Shown piece by piece: positions 45,552 to 55,283 of a DNA stretch of 64,000 bases; positions within the stretch are counted from its first letter, which is position 1; each line of letters starts with the position of its first letter. Source of the DNA: Clostridia bacterium (GTDB lineage: Bacteria; Bacillota; Clostridia; UMGS1883); assembly GCA_017451505.1 (NCBI GenBank), contig JAFTOF010000010.1, forward strand, positions 10,172 to 74,171, in the 5' to 3' direction. Below the pieces are notes generated by a model. The model saw nothing but the letters and a program-made list of their open reading frames with translations. It searched no databases and was not told the DNA's origin. A program made the position numbers and the translations under genes.

Positions 45552-48161
45552 ATGAGTAAAGATAGAGTTATAATTGACAGTGTAGAAAAGCTCGAAGCTG
45601 AACTTAAGAAGATTAGAGGCGTGCAGAAAACCTTTGCTTCTTTTACTCAGGAGCAGGTTGATAAAATTTTCCTTGCGGCAGCCACTGCGGCAAACAGAGA
45701 GCGTATCTCTCTTGCTAAATTGGCAGTAGAAGAAACCGGAATGGGTGTTGTTGAGGATAAGGTTATCAAAAATCACTATGCGGCAGAATATATCTATAAT
45801 GCTTACAAGGACACAAAGACCTGTGGTATTATTGAGGAGGATAAGGCGTACGGCACTGTGAGAATCGCCGAGCCTATCGGTGTAATCGCCGCAGTTATCC
45901 CTACTACAAATCCCACGTCAACTGCAATTTTCAAATGTCTTATTGCACTTAAAACAAGAAACGCAATTGTTATCAGTCCCCACCCAAGGGCGAAGAACAG
46001 CACCATTGCAGCGGCAAAGATTGTGCTTGATGCCGCAGTAAAAGCGGGTGCACCCGAAGGGATTATAAGCTGGATTGATGTTCCCAGCCTTGATATGACA
46101 AATACAGTTATGAAAGAAGCCGACATTATCCTTGCCACAGGCGGCCCCGGCATGGTAAAGGCGGCATATTCCAGCGGTAAGCCTGCTCTCGGTGTTGGTG
46201 CAGGTAATACCCCTGCAATCATTGACGAAAGTGCCGACCTTCTTATGGCGGTAAACTCAATTATTCATTCCAAAACCTTTGACAATGGTATGATTTGTGC
46301 CTCCGAGCAAAGTGTCATCGTGGAAAAGAGTATTTATGACAAGGTAAAGAAGGAATTTGCTGACCGTGGATGCTATTTCTTAAATGATGACGAAATTGAA
46401 AAAGTAAGAAAGACTATTATTATAAACGGTGCACTCAATGCAAAGATTGTTGGTCAGAAAGCACATACAATCGCTTCCCTTGCAGGTGTAGAGGTTCCCG
46501 AAAATGCAAAAATCCTCATCGGTGAGGTTGAAAGCGTAGAGCTTTCCGAGGAATTCGCACATGAGAAGCTTTCACCCGTTCTTGCAATGTATAAGGCAGA
46601 GAATTTTGCCGATGCACTTGATAAGGCTGAAAAGCTTGTAGAGGACGGAGGCTTTGGCCATACTGCTTCTCTTTATGTAGATGCGGTAGCAAAGAGAGAG
46701 CTTATAGAGGAATTTTCTCTCCGTATGAAAGCCTGCCGTATTCTTGTAAATACACCCTCATCACATGGTGGTATCGGTGACCTTTATAACTTCAAGCTCG
46801 CTCCCTCACTGACATTGGGCTGCGGTTCATGGGGCGGTAACTCGGTTTCCGAAAACGTTGGTGTTAAACACCTTCTCAACATTAAAACAGTTGCAGAAAG
46901 AAGGGAAAATATGCTTTGGTTCAGAGCACCTGAAAAAATTTATATCAAGAAGGGCTGTCTTCCTGTTGCCCTTGATGAGCTTAAAACAGTTATGGGCAAA
47001 AAGAGAGCCTTTATTGTAACAGATACATTCCTCTATGAAAACGGGTATACAAAGGCAATCACAGACAAGCTCGATGAAATGGGTATTGTTCATACCACAT
47101 TCTTTAACGTAGCTCCCGACCCCACATTGGCTTCCGCAAAAGAGGGTGCGGCACAAATGGCTGCATTTAAACCCGACACAATTATTGCTCTCGGCGGTGG
47201 CAGTGCAATGGACGCGGCTAAAATCATGTGGGTAATGTACGAGCATCCCGAGGCTGATTTCATGGATATGGCAATGAGATTCATAGACATCAGAAAGAGA
47301 GTATACACATTCCCCAAAATGGGTGAAAAGGCATACTTTATTGCAATTCCCACATCGGCAGGTACAGGTAGTGAGGTAACTCCCTTCGCTGTTATTACAG
47401 ATGAACAGACAGGAGTTAAATACCCCCTTGCTGACTATGAACTTCTTCCGAATATGGCAATCATTGATACAGATTTCCATATGTCAGCACCCAAGGGACT
47501 TACTGCAGCAAGCGGTATCGATGCGGTGACACATGCCCTTGAAGCATATGCGTCAATGCTTGCAACAGATTATACAGATTCTCTTGCATTGGGATCACTT
47601 AAAACAGTGTTTGAATATCTTCCCCGTGCATATGAAAACGGACAGACAGACGTAAAGGCACGTGAAAAAATGGCTAATGCCGCTACAATGGCAGGTATGG
47701 CATTCGCAAATGCTTTCCTTGGAGTATGTCACTCCATGGCACATAAGTTGGGTGCATTCCACCATCTTCCTCATGGCGTAGCAAATGCCCTCATGATTGA
47801 AGAGGTTCTCCGCTTCAATGCTTCTGAAACTCCTGTTAAGATGGGTACCTTCTCCCAGTATGACCATCCTCATACGCTTGCACGTTATGCAGAAATTGCA
47901 GAGCATCTTGGAGTAAAAGGCAAGACAGACGAGGATAAATTCGAGGGGCTCATCAAGCTTATCCGCGACCTTAAGGAAAAGGTAGGCATCAAGAACTCTA
48001 TCCGTGACTACGGCATTGACGAAAAGAACTTCCTTGAAAACCTTGATGAAATGACCGAGCAGGCATTTGATGACCAGTGTACAGGTGCAAATCCCCGCTA
48101 TCCCCTTATGAGCGAAATTAAAAAGATGTATCTTAACGCATATTACGGAGGTGCTCAGTAA
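45552..48161 (+). CDS. adhE: bifunctional acetaldehyde-CoA/alcohol dehydrogenase
   Basis: 869 aa. The N-terminal ALDH domain carries the active-site region (GMICASEQ). The C-terminal iron-ADH domain carries GGGSAMDAAK and histidine clusters. Confidence 0.95.
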   Translation: MSKDRVIIDSVEKLEAELKKIRGVQKTFASFTQEQVDKIFLAAATAANRERISLAKLAVEETGMGVVEDKVIKNHYAAEYIYNAYKDTKTCGIIEEDKAYGTVRIAEPIGVIAAVIPTTNPTSTAIFKCLIALKTRNAIVISPHPRAKNSTIAAAKIVLDAAVKAGAPEGIISWIDVPSLDMTNTVMKEADIILATGGPGMVKAAYSSGKPALGVGAGNTPAIIDESADLLMAVNSIIHSKTFDNGMICASEQSVIVEKSIYDKVKKEFADRGCYFLNDDEIEKVRKTIIINGALNAKIVGQKAHTIASLAGVEVPENAKILIGEVESVELSEEFAHEKLSPVLAMYKAENFADALDKAEKLVEDGGFGHTASLYVDAVAKRELIEEFSLRMKACRILVNTPSSHGGIGDLYNFKLAPSLTLGCGSWGGNSVSENVGVKHLLNIKTVAERRENMLWFRAPEKIYIKKGCLPVALDELKTVMGKKRAFIVTDTFLYENGYTKAITDKLDEMGIVHTTFFNVAPDPTLASAKEGAAQMAAFKPDTIIALGGGSAMDAAKIMWVMYEHPEADFMDMAMRFIDIRKRVYTFPKMGEKAYFIAIPTSAGTGSEVTPFAVITDEQTGVKYPLADYELLPNMAIIDTDFHMSAPKGLTAASGIDAVTHALEAYASMLATDYTDSLALGSLKTVFEYLPRAYENGQTDVKAREKMANAATMAGMAFANAFLGVCHSMAHKLGAFHHLPHGVANALMIEEVLRFNASETPVKMGTFSQYDHPHTLARYAEIAEHLGVKGKTDEDKFEGLIKLIRDLKEKVGIKNSIRDYGIDEKNFLENLDEMTEQAFDDQCTGANPRYPLMSEIKKMYLNAYYGGAQ

Positions 48162-48901
48162 TGAAAGTTATATTTGAAAGACCTGATAAAACCATATATC
48201 GTGACGGTGACTTTACCGTAAAGGTATTTAACGAAAATTATTCAAAGGCCAATGTTCTTAACGAAGCTCTTAATCAGGCTCGTGTTGAAGAAACCGGGCT
48301 TAAAGTTCCCAAGCTTCACGAGGTAAAGAAAATTGACGGTAAATGGGCAATCATTACCGATTATATCGAGGGTAAAACTCTTGAAGAGCTGATGAAAGAA
48401 AATCCCGAAAAAATGGACGAATATATTGAAAGACTGGTAAATATTCAGACTGATGTGCTTTCTCATCAGGTTACACACCTTAACAAGCTCAGGGATAAGA
48501 TGCACGCGAAAATTTCATCTGCGGATATAAATGCCACAATCCGTTACGAGCTTCATACCCGTCTTGATGCTACTCCAAAGCATAATAAGGTATGCCACGG
48601 GGATTTCCACCCCTCCAACATAATCATCACGGAAAATGATGAAGCATACATTATCGACTGGGCACACGTAACCCGTGGTAACGGTGCGGCAGATGCAGCA
48701 AGGGTATATCTCCTCTTTACCCTTGAGGGTAAAAATGATGCTGCACAAAAGTATCTTGAACTTTTCTGCAAAAAAACCGATACTGCAAAGCAGTATGTTC
48801 AGAAGTGGATGCCCATTGTTGCGGCTTCTCAGCTTACAAAGGGTGTTAAAGGGGAGGAAGAACTTCTCCATAGCTGGATAGATGTAGTAGATTACGAATA
48901 A
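48161..48901 (+). CDS. aminoglycoside phosphotransferase / choline-kinase-like (protein-kinase-fold) family protein
   Basis: Catalytic loop CHGDFHPSNIII and the downstream IIDW motif; 246 aa. Its ATG overlaps the adhE TAA as TAATG. Confidence 0.7.
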   Translation: MKVIFERPDKTIYRDGDFTVKVFNENYSKANVLNEALNQARVEETGLKVPKLHEVKKIDGKWAIITDYIEGKTLEELMKENPEKMDEYIERLVNIQTDVLSHQVTHLNKLRDKMHAKISSADINATIRYELHTRLDATPKHNKVCHGDFHPSNIIITENDEAYIIDWAHVTRGNGAADAARVYLLFTLEGKNDAAQKYLELFCKKTDTAKQYVQKWMPIVAASQLTKGVKGEEELLHSWIDVVDYE

Positions 48902-48903
48902 TG

Positions 48904-48934
48904 AAAACACCTGCCCAAGAGGCAGGTGTTTTTA
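48904..48934 (+). terminator. intrinsic terminator
   Basis: ACACCTGCC-CAAGA-GGCAGGTGT followed by TTTT. Confidence 0.8.
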
Positions 48935-48958
48935 TTGTAAAAAATCTGGTTTGGCTAT

Positions 48959-49035
48959 AAAAACAGCCCAAAAAATGTAAAAATATCCAAAAAACATGAA
49001 AAATTGTGTAAAATTGCCTAAAACCGACGCAAAAA
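48959..49035. repeat. array of eight helically phased A-tracts (predicted intrinsically curved DNA) upstream of the glgB promoter
   Basis: A4-A6 runs start at 48959, 48970, 48979, 48989, 48999, 49010, 49020 and 49031. The spacings are 11, 9, 10, 10, 11, 10 and 11 nt. Confidence 0.7.
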
Positions 49036-49071
49036 TTCTCGCATTTTTTGGTTAAATTTCCCTAAAACCGT

Positions 49072-49100
49072 TTGACTAATCGAAATATATTTGGTAAAAT
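49072..49100 (+). promoter_or_regulatory. probable sigma-A promoter of glgB (extended -10)
   Basis: TTGACT (49072-49077), a 17-nt spacer ending in TGG, then TAAAAT (49095-49100). Confidence 0.55.
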
Positions 49101-49137
49101 AATAACAAGAGAAAAAATATCAAGCGGAGGCGTATTA

Positions 49138-51084
49138 ATGACAACTAAGAAAAAGAAGACAGTTAAGAACGAAAATCCATTTATATCAACCCTTCAGCTT
49201 GCTCAGTTTAATAACGGAACGAATTTCAGAGCTTACGAATTTATGGGAGCCATTCCGTCAGAGATTTACGGCGAGCGTGGGTACAGCTTTGCCGTGTGGG
49301 CACCCAATGCCAAAAGCGTAAGCGTTGTGGGCGATTTCAACGGCTGGGATACTACCATGCATCCCATGAATCCGCAGGGAAGTTCGGGTGTATGGCACTG
49401 CTTTATTAAAAATGTGAAAGAGGGGCAGTGCTATAAATTTTATATAGAAGCAAAAGATGGCACCGCTCATTACAAAGCAGACCCCTATGCCCGTCTTGCA
49501 CAGCTACCGCCCGAAACGGCATCTGTCACATATGATATTTCCGGTTTTAAATGGACTGATGAGGGCTGGATGAAGAAAAGGTCGGAAAGTGCTCCTTATT
49601 CCAAGCCTATGCTGATTTATGAAATGCATCTGGGCAGTTGGCGTACGAAACCCGATGGCTCATTAAAAAATTATACCGAGGCTGCAGATGAACTTTGCAG
49701 TTATCTTAAGGAAATGAGCTATACCCATGTGGAACTTATGCCTCTTACGGAATTTCCCTTTGACGGAAGCTGGGGCTATCAGGTGACAGGCTATTTTGCC
49801 GCTACCTCGCGTTACGGCACTCCCAAGGAATTTATGTATTTTGTGAATAAATGCCATGAAAACGGCATAAGTGTTATTATGGACTGGGTTCCGGCACATT
49901 TTCCTCGTGATGCTCATGCTCTTGCAAAATTTGACGGTACGCCTATATATGAATACCCCAACCCCCTTAAGGGTGAACATAAGGAATGGGGAACGCTGGT
50001 CTTTGACTATGGCAGAGAGGAAGTAGTTTCGTTCCTCCTTTCAAGTGCGTTTTACTGGCTGGATATGTTCCATATAGACGGACTTAGGGTAGATGCTGTT
50101 TCAAGCATGCTCTACCTTGATTATGGCAGACAGGAGTATATGCCCAATAAATACGGCGGCAAGGAGAATCTGGAGGCAATCGAGTTTTTGCAAAAGCTTA
50201 ATATGCTTGCTTTTGAGCATTACCCCAATATCCTTATGATTGCCGAGGAATCCACGGCATGGCCGAAGGTGACCAATCCTGTAAGTGATGGCGGACTGGG
50301 CTTTAACTTCAAGTGGAATATGGGCTGGATGAATGATATGCTCCGCTATATGAGCATGGATCCCTATTTCAGGCGTGATAATCATAACCTGCTGACTTTC
50401 TCCATGATGTATGCCTTTTCCGAAAACTATATACTGCCATTGTCACATGATGAAGTTGTACACGGGAAAGGTTCCCTTATACAGAAGATGGCAGGGCTTT
50501 ACGGACAGAAGTTTGACTCACTGCGTGCCTTTATGATGTTTAAGATGGCACATCCGGGTAAAAAGCTTCTCTTTATGGGCGGCGAGATAGCTCAGTTTAT
50601 AGAATGGCGTTATTATGAACAGCTTGAATGGAATCTGCTCGATATACAAAAGCATAGAGAGTACCATGAGTTTATGAAAGAGCTTAACCGCTTTTATAAT
50701 GAGAACAAGCCCTTCTGGGAAATTGAAGATAGCTGGGACGGCTTTGAATGGATAAATGCCGATGATCGTGACAGAAGTGTGGTTTCCTTCGTAAGGCGTG
50801 GTAAAAAGAAAACCGACGAGGTGATAGTGATTTGTAACTTTACCCCCGTTGAGTATAAAAACTATGTTGTCGGAGTGCCCAGACAGGGAATATATGCCGA
50901 AGCACTTTCAAGTGACAGTATCAAGTTTGGCGGAAGTGGCAAGAAAATCAAACCAATTTCAGCTAAGAAAAAACCGCAGAATACAATGCCCTACAGCATC
51001 GAGATTGACATTCCGCCGATGAGTGCATTGTATCTTAAAAGAACCCAGAAGCGTGCCGCTTCATCTACTTCGCGTACCAACTGA
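49138..51084 (+). CDS. glgB: 1,4-alpha-glucan branching enzyme
   Basis: GH13 branching-enzyme motifs (FAVWAPNA, YEMHLGSW, DWVPAHF, GLRVDAVSSMLY, MIAEEST, LSHDEVVHGK). The ATG at 49138 follows GCGGAGG. Confidence 0.95.
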   Translation: MTTKKKKTVKNENPFISTLQLAQFNNGTNFRAYEFMGAIPSEIYGERGYSFAVWAPNAKSVSVVGDFNGWDTTMHPMNPQGSSGVWHCFIKNVKEGQCYKFYIEAKDGTAHYKADPYARLAQLPPETASVTYDISGFKWTDEGWMKKRSESAPYSKPMLIYEMHLGSWRTKPDGSLKNYTEAADELCSYLKEMSYTHVELMPLTEFPFDGSWGYQVTGYFAATSRYGTPKEFMYFVNKCHENGISVIMDWVPAHFPRDAHALAKFDGTPIYEYPNPLKGEHKEWGTLVFDYGREEVVSFLLSSAFYWLDMFHIDGLRVDAVSSMLYLDYGRQEYMPNKYGGKENLEAIEFLQKLNMLAFEHYPNILMIAEESTAWPKVTNPVSDGGLGFNFKWNMGWMNDMLRYMSMDPYFRRDNHNLLTFSMMYAFSENYILPLSHDEVVHGKGSLIQKMAGLYGQKFDSLRAFMMFKMAHPGKKLLFMGGEIAQFIEWRYYEQLEWNLLDIQKHREYHEFMKELNRFYNENKPFWEIEDSWDGFEWINADDRDRSVVSFVRRGKKKTDEVIVICNFTPVEYKNYVVGVPRQGIYAEALSSDSIKFGGSGKKIKPISAKKKPQNTMPYSIEIDIPPMSALYLKRTQKRAASSTSRTN

Positions 51085-51173
51085 ATCTAAATTCGACAAA
51101 TGTTGCTCGCGAAAAAAACAGAGGTTTCTACACAAAAAATAAAGTTAGTAACCGTGACATAATATGCCGAGTA

Positions 51174-51445
51174 GCCGAAAGAGAGTAATCCAAGCCCGCT
51201 TCAAACGGCGAAATTTCGGTATCTTTCGGCTTGTCATCTTTGCAAGGCACAAAGCCTTGCTTCATCTTCCGCACCAAAATCTACTCAAAATTTCATCCGT
51301 TTGGAGTCGTAGAATTTTAAGAGAGCGGATTTTTGGTTGCGCAAGGCAAAAACGCAGGGAATACTTTGTGTATTTCCGAGTATTTAAACACAGCGAAAGC
51401 GGAAATCCGCCTCTGAAAATCGGGTTCGGATTATTCTCTTTCGGC
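51174..51445 (+). ncRNA. 272-nt highly structured intergenic element (E2) between glgB and glgC, with the same topology as E1
   Basis: The terminal stem (51174-51198 with 51421-51445) has 22 Watson-Crick pairs, 2 G-U pairs and 1 mismatch over 25 positions. The first enclosed hairpin spans 51199-51306, with arms CTTCAAACGG..AAATTT / AAATTT..CCGTTTGGAG and an apical GCAAGGC-ACAAA-GCCTTGC. The second spans 51322-51414, with arms AGAGCGGATTT / AAATCCGCCTCT carrying one bulge. Confidence 0.5.
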
Positions 51446-51467
51446 TAAAAGAGAGGAAGGATTTTTA

Positions 51468-52694
51468 ATGAAAAAAGCCGAGTGTTTAGCAATGATACTT
51501 GCCGGTGGACAAGGAAGCCGACTTGGCGTGCTTACAAAATCAGTTGCAAAGCCTGCTGTACCCTTTGGAGGAAAGTACAGAATTATAGACTTTACTTTAA
51601 GCAACTGTATTCATTCAGGGATATATACGGTAGGCGTGCTTACGCAGTATCAGCCCCTTGAACTCAATACTTATATAGGAAGCGGACACCCTTGGGATCT
51701 TAACAGGAATTCGGGCGGTGTGTATGTGCTTCCGCCGTATCAGAGTGCAGAAAAAGGCGAGTGGTACAAGGGCACTGCCAATGCCATTTATCAGAATATA
51801 GAGTTTGTGGATAAGTTTAATCCTAAGTATGTGGTAATTCTTTCGGGTGACCATATTTATAAGATGGACTATGCAAAAATGGTTGAGTATCATAAGGAAA
51901 AGAATGCCGATGCAACCATCGCGGTTATAGAAGTGCCTTGGGAGGAAGCAAGCAGATTCGGTATTATGACAGCAGATGAAAACGGAAAGATTGTTGAATT
52001 TGCAGAAAAACCGAAGGAGCCTAAGAGTAATCTTGCTTCAATGGGTGTATATGTATTTACTTGGGAGGTTCTTAAAAAGTATCTTCAAAATGATGAAAAA
52101 GACCCCCAAAGCTCTAACGACTTTGGTAAAAATATTATCCCCACAATGCTGGGTAACGGGGAAAATATGTGTGCCTATGCATTTGAGGGCTACTGGAAAG
52201 ATGTAGGTACAGTTCAGAGTCTTTGGGAGGCAAATATGGACATTCTTGCCGACCCGCCCGCATTTGACCTACATGATAATAACTGGAAAATATATTCAAG
52301 AAACCCCGTTAAGCCTCCTCATTATATCGCTAAAGGTGCATCGGTTACTAACTGCTGCGTTACCGAGGGATGTAATGTTATGGGCAGTGTAAAGCACAGT
52401 ATTCTCTTTGAGGGAGTAACGGTGGAAAAGGGTGCAGTGGTAGAGGATTCCATTGTGTTCCCCGGAAGTATTATCCGTGAAGGAGCTATTGTTAAAAAGG
52501 CTGTAATCGGCGAAGAAGCAGTGATAGGCAAGGGTGCGGTAATCGGTGATGAAAATACCGACAGCAGTAAGTACAGCAGTCCTTATTGTACAGGAGGAAT
52601 TTCACTTATCGGCGGAGGCGTCACGGTTTCAGAAAATGAGAAAATAGGTGTAAATTCCATGGTTGTTGAGCCTGGGCAGAAAGGGGAGAACTAA
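51468..52694 (+). CDS. glgC: glucose-1-phosphate adenylyltransferase
   Basis: [34 protein letters not shown], and a C-terminal left-handed beta-helix. Confidence 0.95.
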   Translation: MKKAECLAMILAGGQGSRLGVLTKSVAKPAVPFGGKYRIIDFTLSNCIHSGIYTVGVLTQYQPLELNTYIGSGHPWDLNRNSGGVYVLPPYQSAEKGEWYKGTANAIYQNIEFVDKFNPKYVVILSGDHIYKMDYAKMVEYHKEKNADATIAVIEVPWEEASRFGIMTADENGKIVEFAEKPKEPKSNLASMGVYVFTWEVLKKYLQNDEKDPQSSNDFGKNIIPTMLGNGENMCAYAFEGYWKDVGTVQSLWEANMDILADPPAFDLHDNNWKIYSRNPVKPPHYIAKGASVTNCCVTEGCNVMGSVKHSILFEGVTVEKGAVVEDSIVFPGSIIREGAIVKKAVIGEEAVIGKGAVIGDENTDSSKYSSPYCTGGISLIGGGVTVSENEKIGVNSMVVEPGQKGEN

Positions 52695-52695
52695 G

Positions 52696-53814
52696 ATGAA
52701 AGATATGATGGGTATCATTATGGCGGATAACAGTGAGCTTAGACTTAATGAGCTTACTGAATTTAGATCAGTTCCTGCACTCCCCTTTGGAGGAAGATAC
52801 AGACTTGTTGATTTTATTCTTTCAAATATGGTGAATTCGGGAATTATAAATGTAGGTGTTGCCACAAGCATCAACTATTCCTCTCTTATGGACCATTTGG
52901 GAAGCGGTGCACCGTGGGATCTTAACAGAAAAATATACGGACTCTTTATGCTTCCTCCTTATGTAAGAGGCGGTGTAAGCGATATAAGTGCAGGAAGTGT
53001 TGACCAGCTTTACGGAGTACTTACATTTCTCCGCAGAAGCCGTCAGCAGTATGTGCTCTTGGCATCGGGAAGAACTGTCTGCAATATGACCTTTGATGCG
53101 GCACTTAGTCAGCATATAGAAAAAGGTGCAGACATTACCGTTATATATCATGACAAAAAGGAAAAGGATGAACAGCTCAGCCACAGTACAGTTTATGAGG
53201 TTAATGAGGACGGCAGGGTAACAGGTATAGAAACAGAGCCTCATTTCCCCAAAACCACGCTTCAGGGCATGGGAATGTTTATTATTGGCAGACTTAAGCT
53301 TATCGAGCTTATTGAAGATGCTTATGCAAGAGGAAGTCACGACTTTGTCCGCGATCTTCTTCGTAATGCCGTAAATACGCTTAACGTTTTCGGTTATGAG
53401 TATAAGGGATTTGTGGGCACTGTAGACAGTGTGCGATCCTATTTTGAAGTAAATATGAAAATGCTTGATGCTGACGTTCGTAAAGAAATTTTCGGGGCTG
53501 AAAACCGCATTTATACAAAGGTAAAGGATCAGGTCCCCACTCAGTATAAAGAAACGTCACAAATTTCCGACTCTCTTATTGCAGATGGTTGCGTAATTGA
53601 GGGAAAGGTAGAGAACAGCATTATATTCAGGGGAGTTCACATTGCCAAGGGTGCTGTAGTGAAAAACAGTATCGTTATGCAGAACAGTGTTATTGAGGAA
53701 AACTGTGATATTGAAAATACAATTATTGATAAGGAATGTACTCTCCGTGCCTCCAAGAGGCTCGTTGGTCAGCCCAATTATCCTGTTATTCTTCCCAAGA
53801 GGACACTCTTGTAA
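52696..53814 (+). CDS. glgD: glucose-1-phosphate adenylyltransferase regulatory subunit GlgD
   Basis: GlgC paralog lacking the GGxGxRL motif (reads MGIIMADNSELRLNELT). It retains PFGGRYRLVDF. It sits directly downstream of glgC, as in Firmicutes glgCD pairs. Confidence 0.85.
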   Translation: MKDMMGIIMADNSELRLNELTEFRSVPALPFGGRYRLVDFILSNMVNSGIINVGVATSINYSSLMDHLGSGAPWDLNRKIYGLFMLPPYVRGGVSDISAGSVDQLYGVLTFLRRSRQQYVLLASGRTVCNMTFDAALSQHIEKGADITVIYHDKKEKDEQLSHSTVYEVNEDGRVTGIETEPHFPKTTLQGMGMFIIGRLKLIELIEDAYARGSHDFVRDLLRNAVNTLNVFGYEYKGFVGTVDSVRSYFEVNMKMLDADVRKEIFGAENRIYTKVKDQVPTQYKETSQISDSLIADGCVIEGKVENSIIFRGVHIAKGAVVKNSIVMQNSVIEENCDIENTIIDKECTLRASKRLVGQPNYPVILPKRTLL

Positions 53815-53843
53815 GTTTCAGCCAAGGAAAGGAAAATATTTTT

Positions 53844-55280
53844 ATGAAGGTTTTATTTGCCACAAGTGAATGTGTGCCATTTGTTAAAACGGGCGGTCTT
53901 GCCGATGTTGTGGGTGCACTTCCGAGTGAGCTTTGTGCCCAGGGGTGCGAAGCAAGGGTAATCCTCCCCAAGTATGGGAAGATTGCTCAGAAATACAAGG
54001 ACGAAATGCGATATATCAGCAACATTTATATAAAAATGGGCTGGCGTAGTCAATATTGCGGAGTGTTTGAACTTAAAATAGGGGAGGTTATCTATTATTT
54101 TGTGGATAACGAATTCTATTTCGGCTCCGACACTATTTACGGAGAAATGGCAGAGGATATAGAACGCTTTGCATTTTTTGACAAAGCTGTACTGGCTCTT
54201 TTGCAAGTGATAGGTTACTGGCCTGAAGTTATTCACTGCAATGACTGGCAGACAGGTATGATCCCCGTACTTCTTCGTGCACATTATAACTGTGATGAGC
54301 GTTATAACAGAATTAAAACCGTTATGACGATTCATAACCTCAAATTCCAGGGCGTGTATGATAAAAAGACAATTGCCGATGTTTGCGAGCTTCCCGACAA
54401 CTACTTCACAGAAGATAAGCTGGAATTTTATAAGGATGCAAGCTTCCTTAAGGGCGGTCTGGTCTATGCCGACTTTATTACCACAGTAAGTAAGACTTAT
54501 TCCAGAGAAATTATGACAGACTATTTCGGGGAGAATCTTAACGGACTTCTCAGTGCAAGGAGTGCCAGCGTAACAGGGATAATAAACGGCATTAATTACG
54601 ATGAATGGAACAGTGCCAAGGACACATTCATCGAGCATAATTACGATGCCCGCAATGTTGTTTCAAAGAAAAAGGCAAATAAGCTTGCACTTCAGAAACA
54701 GTTTGGCCTTGAGGAAAACCCCGACAAATTTATGATTGGTATGGTAACAAGGCTTACAGGACAAAAGGGACTTGACCTTGTAGAATGTGTTATGGACAAC
54801 ATATTTGAAAATGGCGATGTTCAGATGATAGTCTTAGGAACAGGCGAAGGACAGTATGAAAATATGCTCCGCCATTTTGAATGGAAGTATAAAGGCACAT
54901 TGGCATCCCTCATTATGTTTGACAATGCAGTAAGCCATAAGATTTACGCAGGCTGTGATGCATTCCTGATGCCGTCGCTCTTTGAACCCTGCGGTCTCAG
55001 CCAGATGATTTCCATGCGTTACGGAACACTTCCCATTGTTCGCGAAACAGGTGGGCTAAGAGACAGCGTAGAGCCATATAACGAATATGAGAACACAGGA
55101 ACAGGTTTCAGCTTTGCAAATTATAATGCACATGAGATGCTTGGAATTATGAATTACGCAAAGACAACATATTACAACAATAAAAAATCATGGCAATCTA
55201 TGGTAAAAAGAGCAATGAAAGCTGATTTTTCATGGAGAAATTCAGCAAAAGAATACATTGACGTATACGAAAGATTGTAG
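53844..55280 (+). CDS. glgA: glycogen synthase
   Basis: MKVLFATSECVPFVKTGGLADV is the canonical GlgA N-terminus. The C-terminal PSLFEPCGLSQM motif is also present. Confidence 0.95.
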   Translation: MKVLFATSECVPFVKTGGLADVVGALPSELCAQGCEARVILPKYGKIAQKYKDEMRYISNIYIKMGWRSQYCGVFELKIGEVIYYFVDNEFYFGSDTIYGEMAEDIERFAFFDKAVLALLQVIGYWPEVIHCNDWQTGMIPVLLRAHYNCDERYNRIKTVMTIHNLKFQGVYDKKTIADVCELPDNYFTEDKLEFYKDASFLKGGLVYADFITTVSKTYSREIMTDYFGENLNGLLSARSASVTGIINGINYDEWNSAKDTFIEHNYDARNVVSKKKANKLALQKQFGLEENPDKFMIGMVTRLTGQKGLDLVECVMDNIFENGDVQMIVLGTGEGQYENMLRHFEWKYKGTLASLIMFDNAVSHKIYAGCDAFLMPSLFEPCGLSQMISMRYGTLPIVRETGGLRDSVEPYNEYENTGTGFSFANYNAHEMLGIMNYAKTTYYNNKKSWQSMVKRAMKADFSWRNSAKEYIDVYERL

Positions 55281-55283
55281 TAT

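Noticed and set aside
51164-51448. 94-aa ORF in the glgB-glgC gap
   Set aside because: The translation is extremely basic and repetitive, with no SD. It coincides exactly with the paired arms of element E2, so RNA/DNA structure explains the open frame better than coding does.
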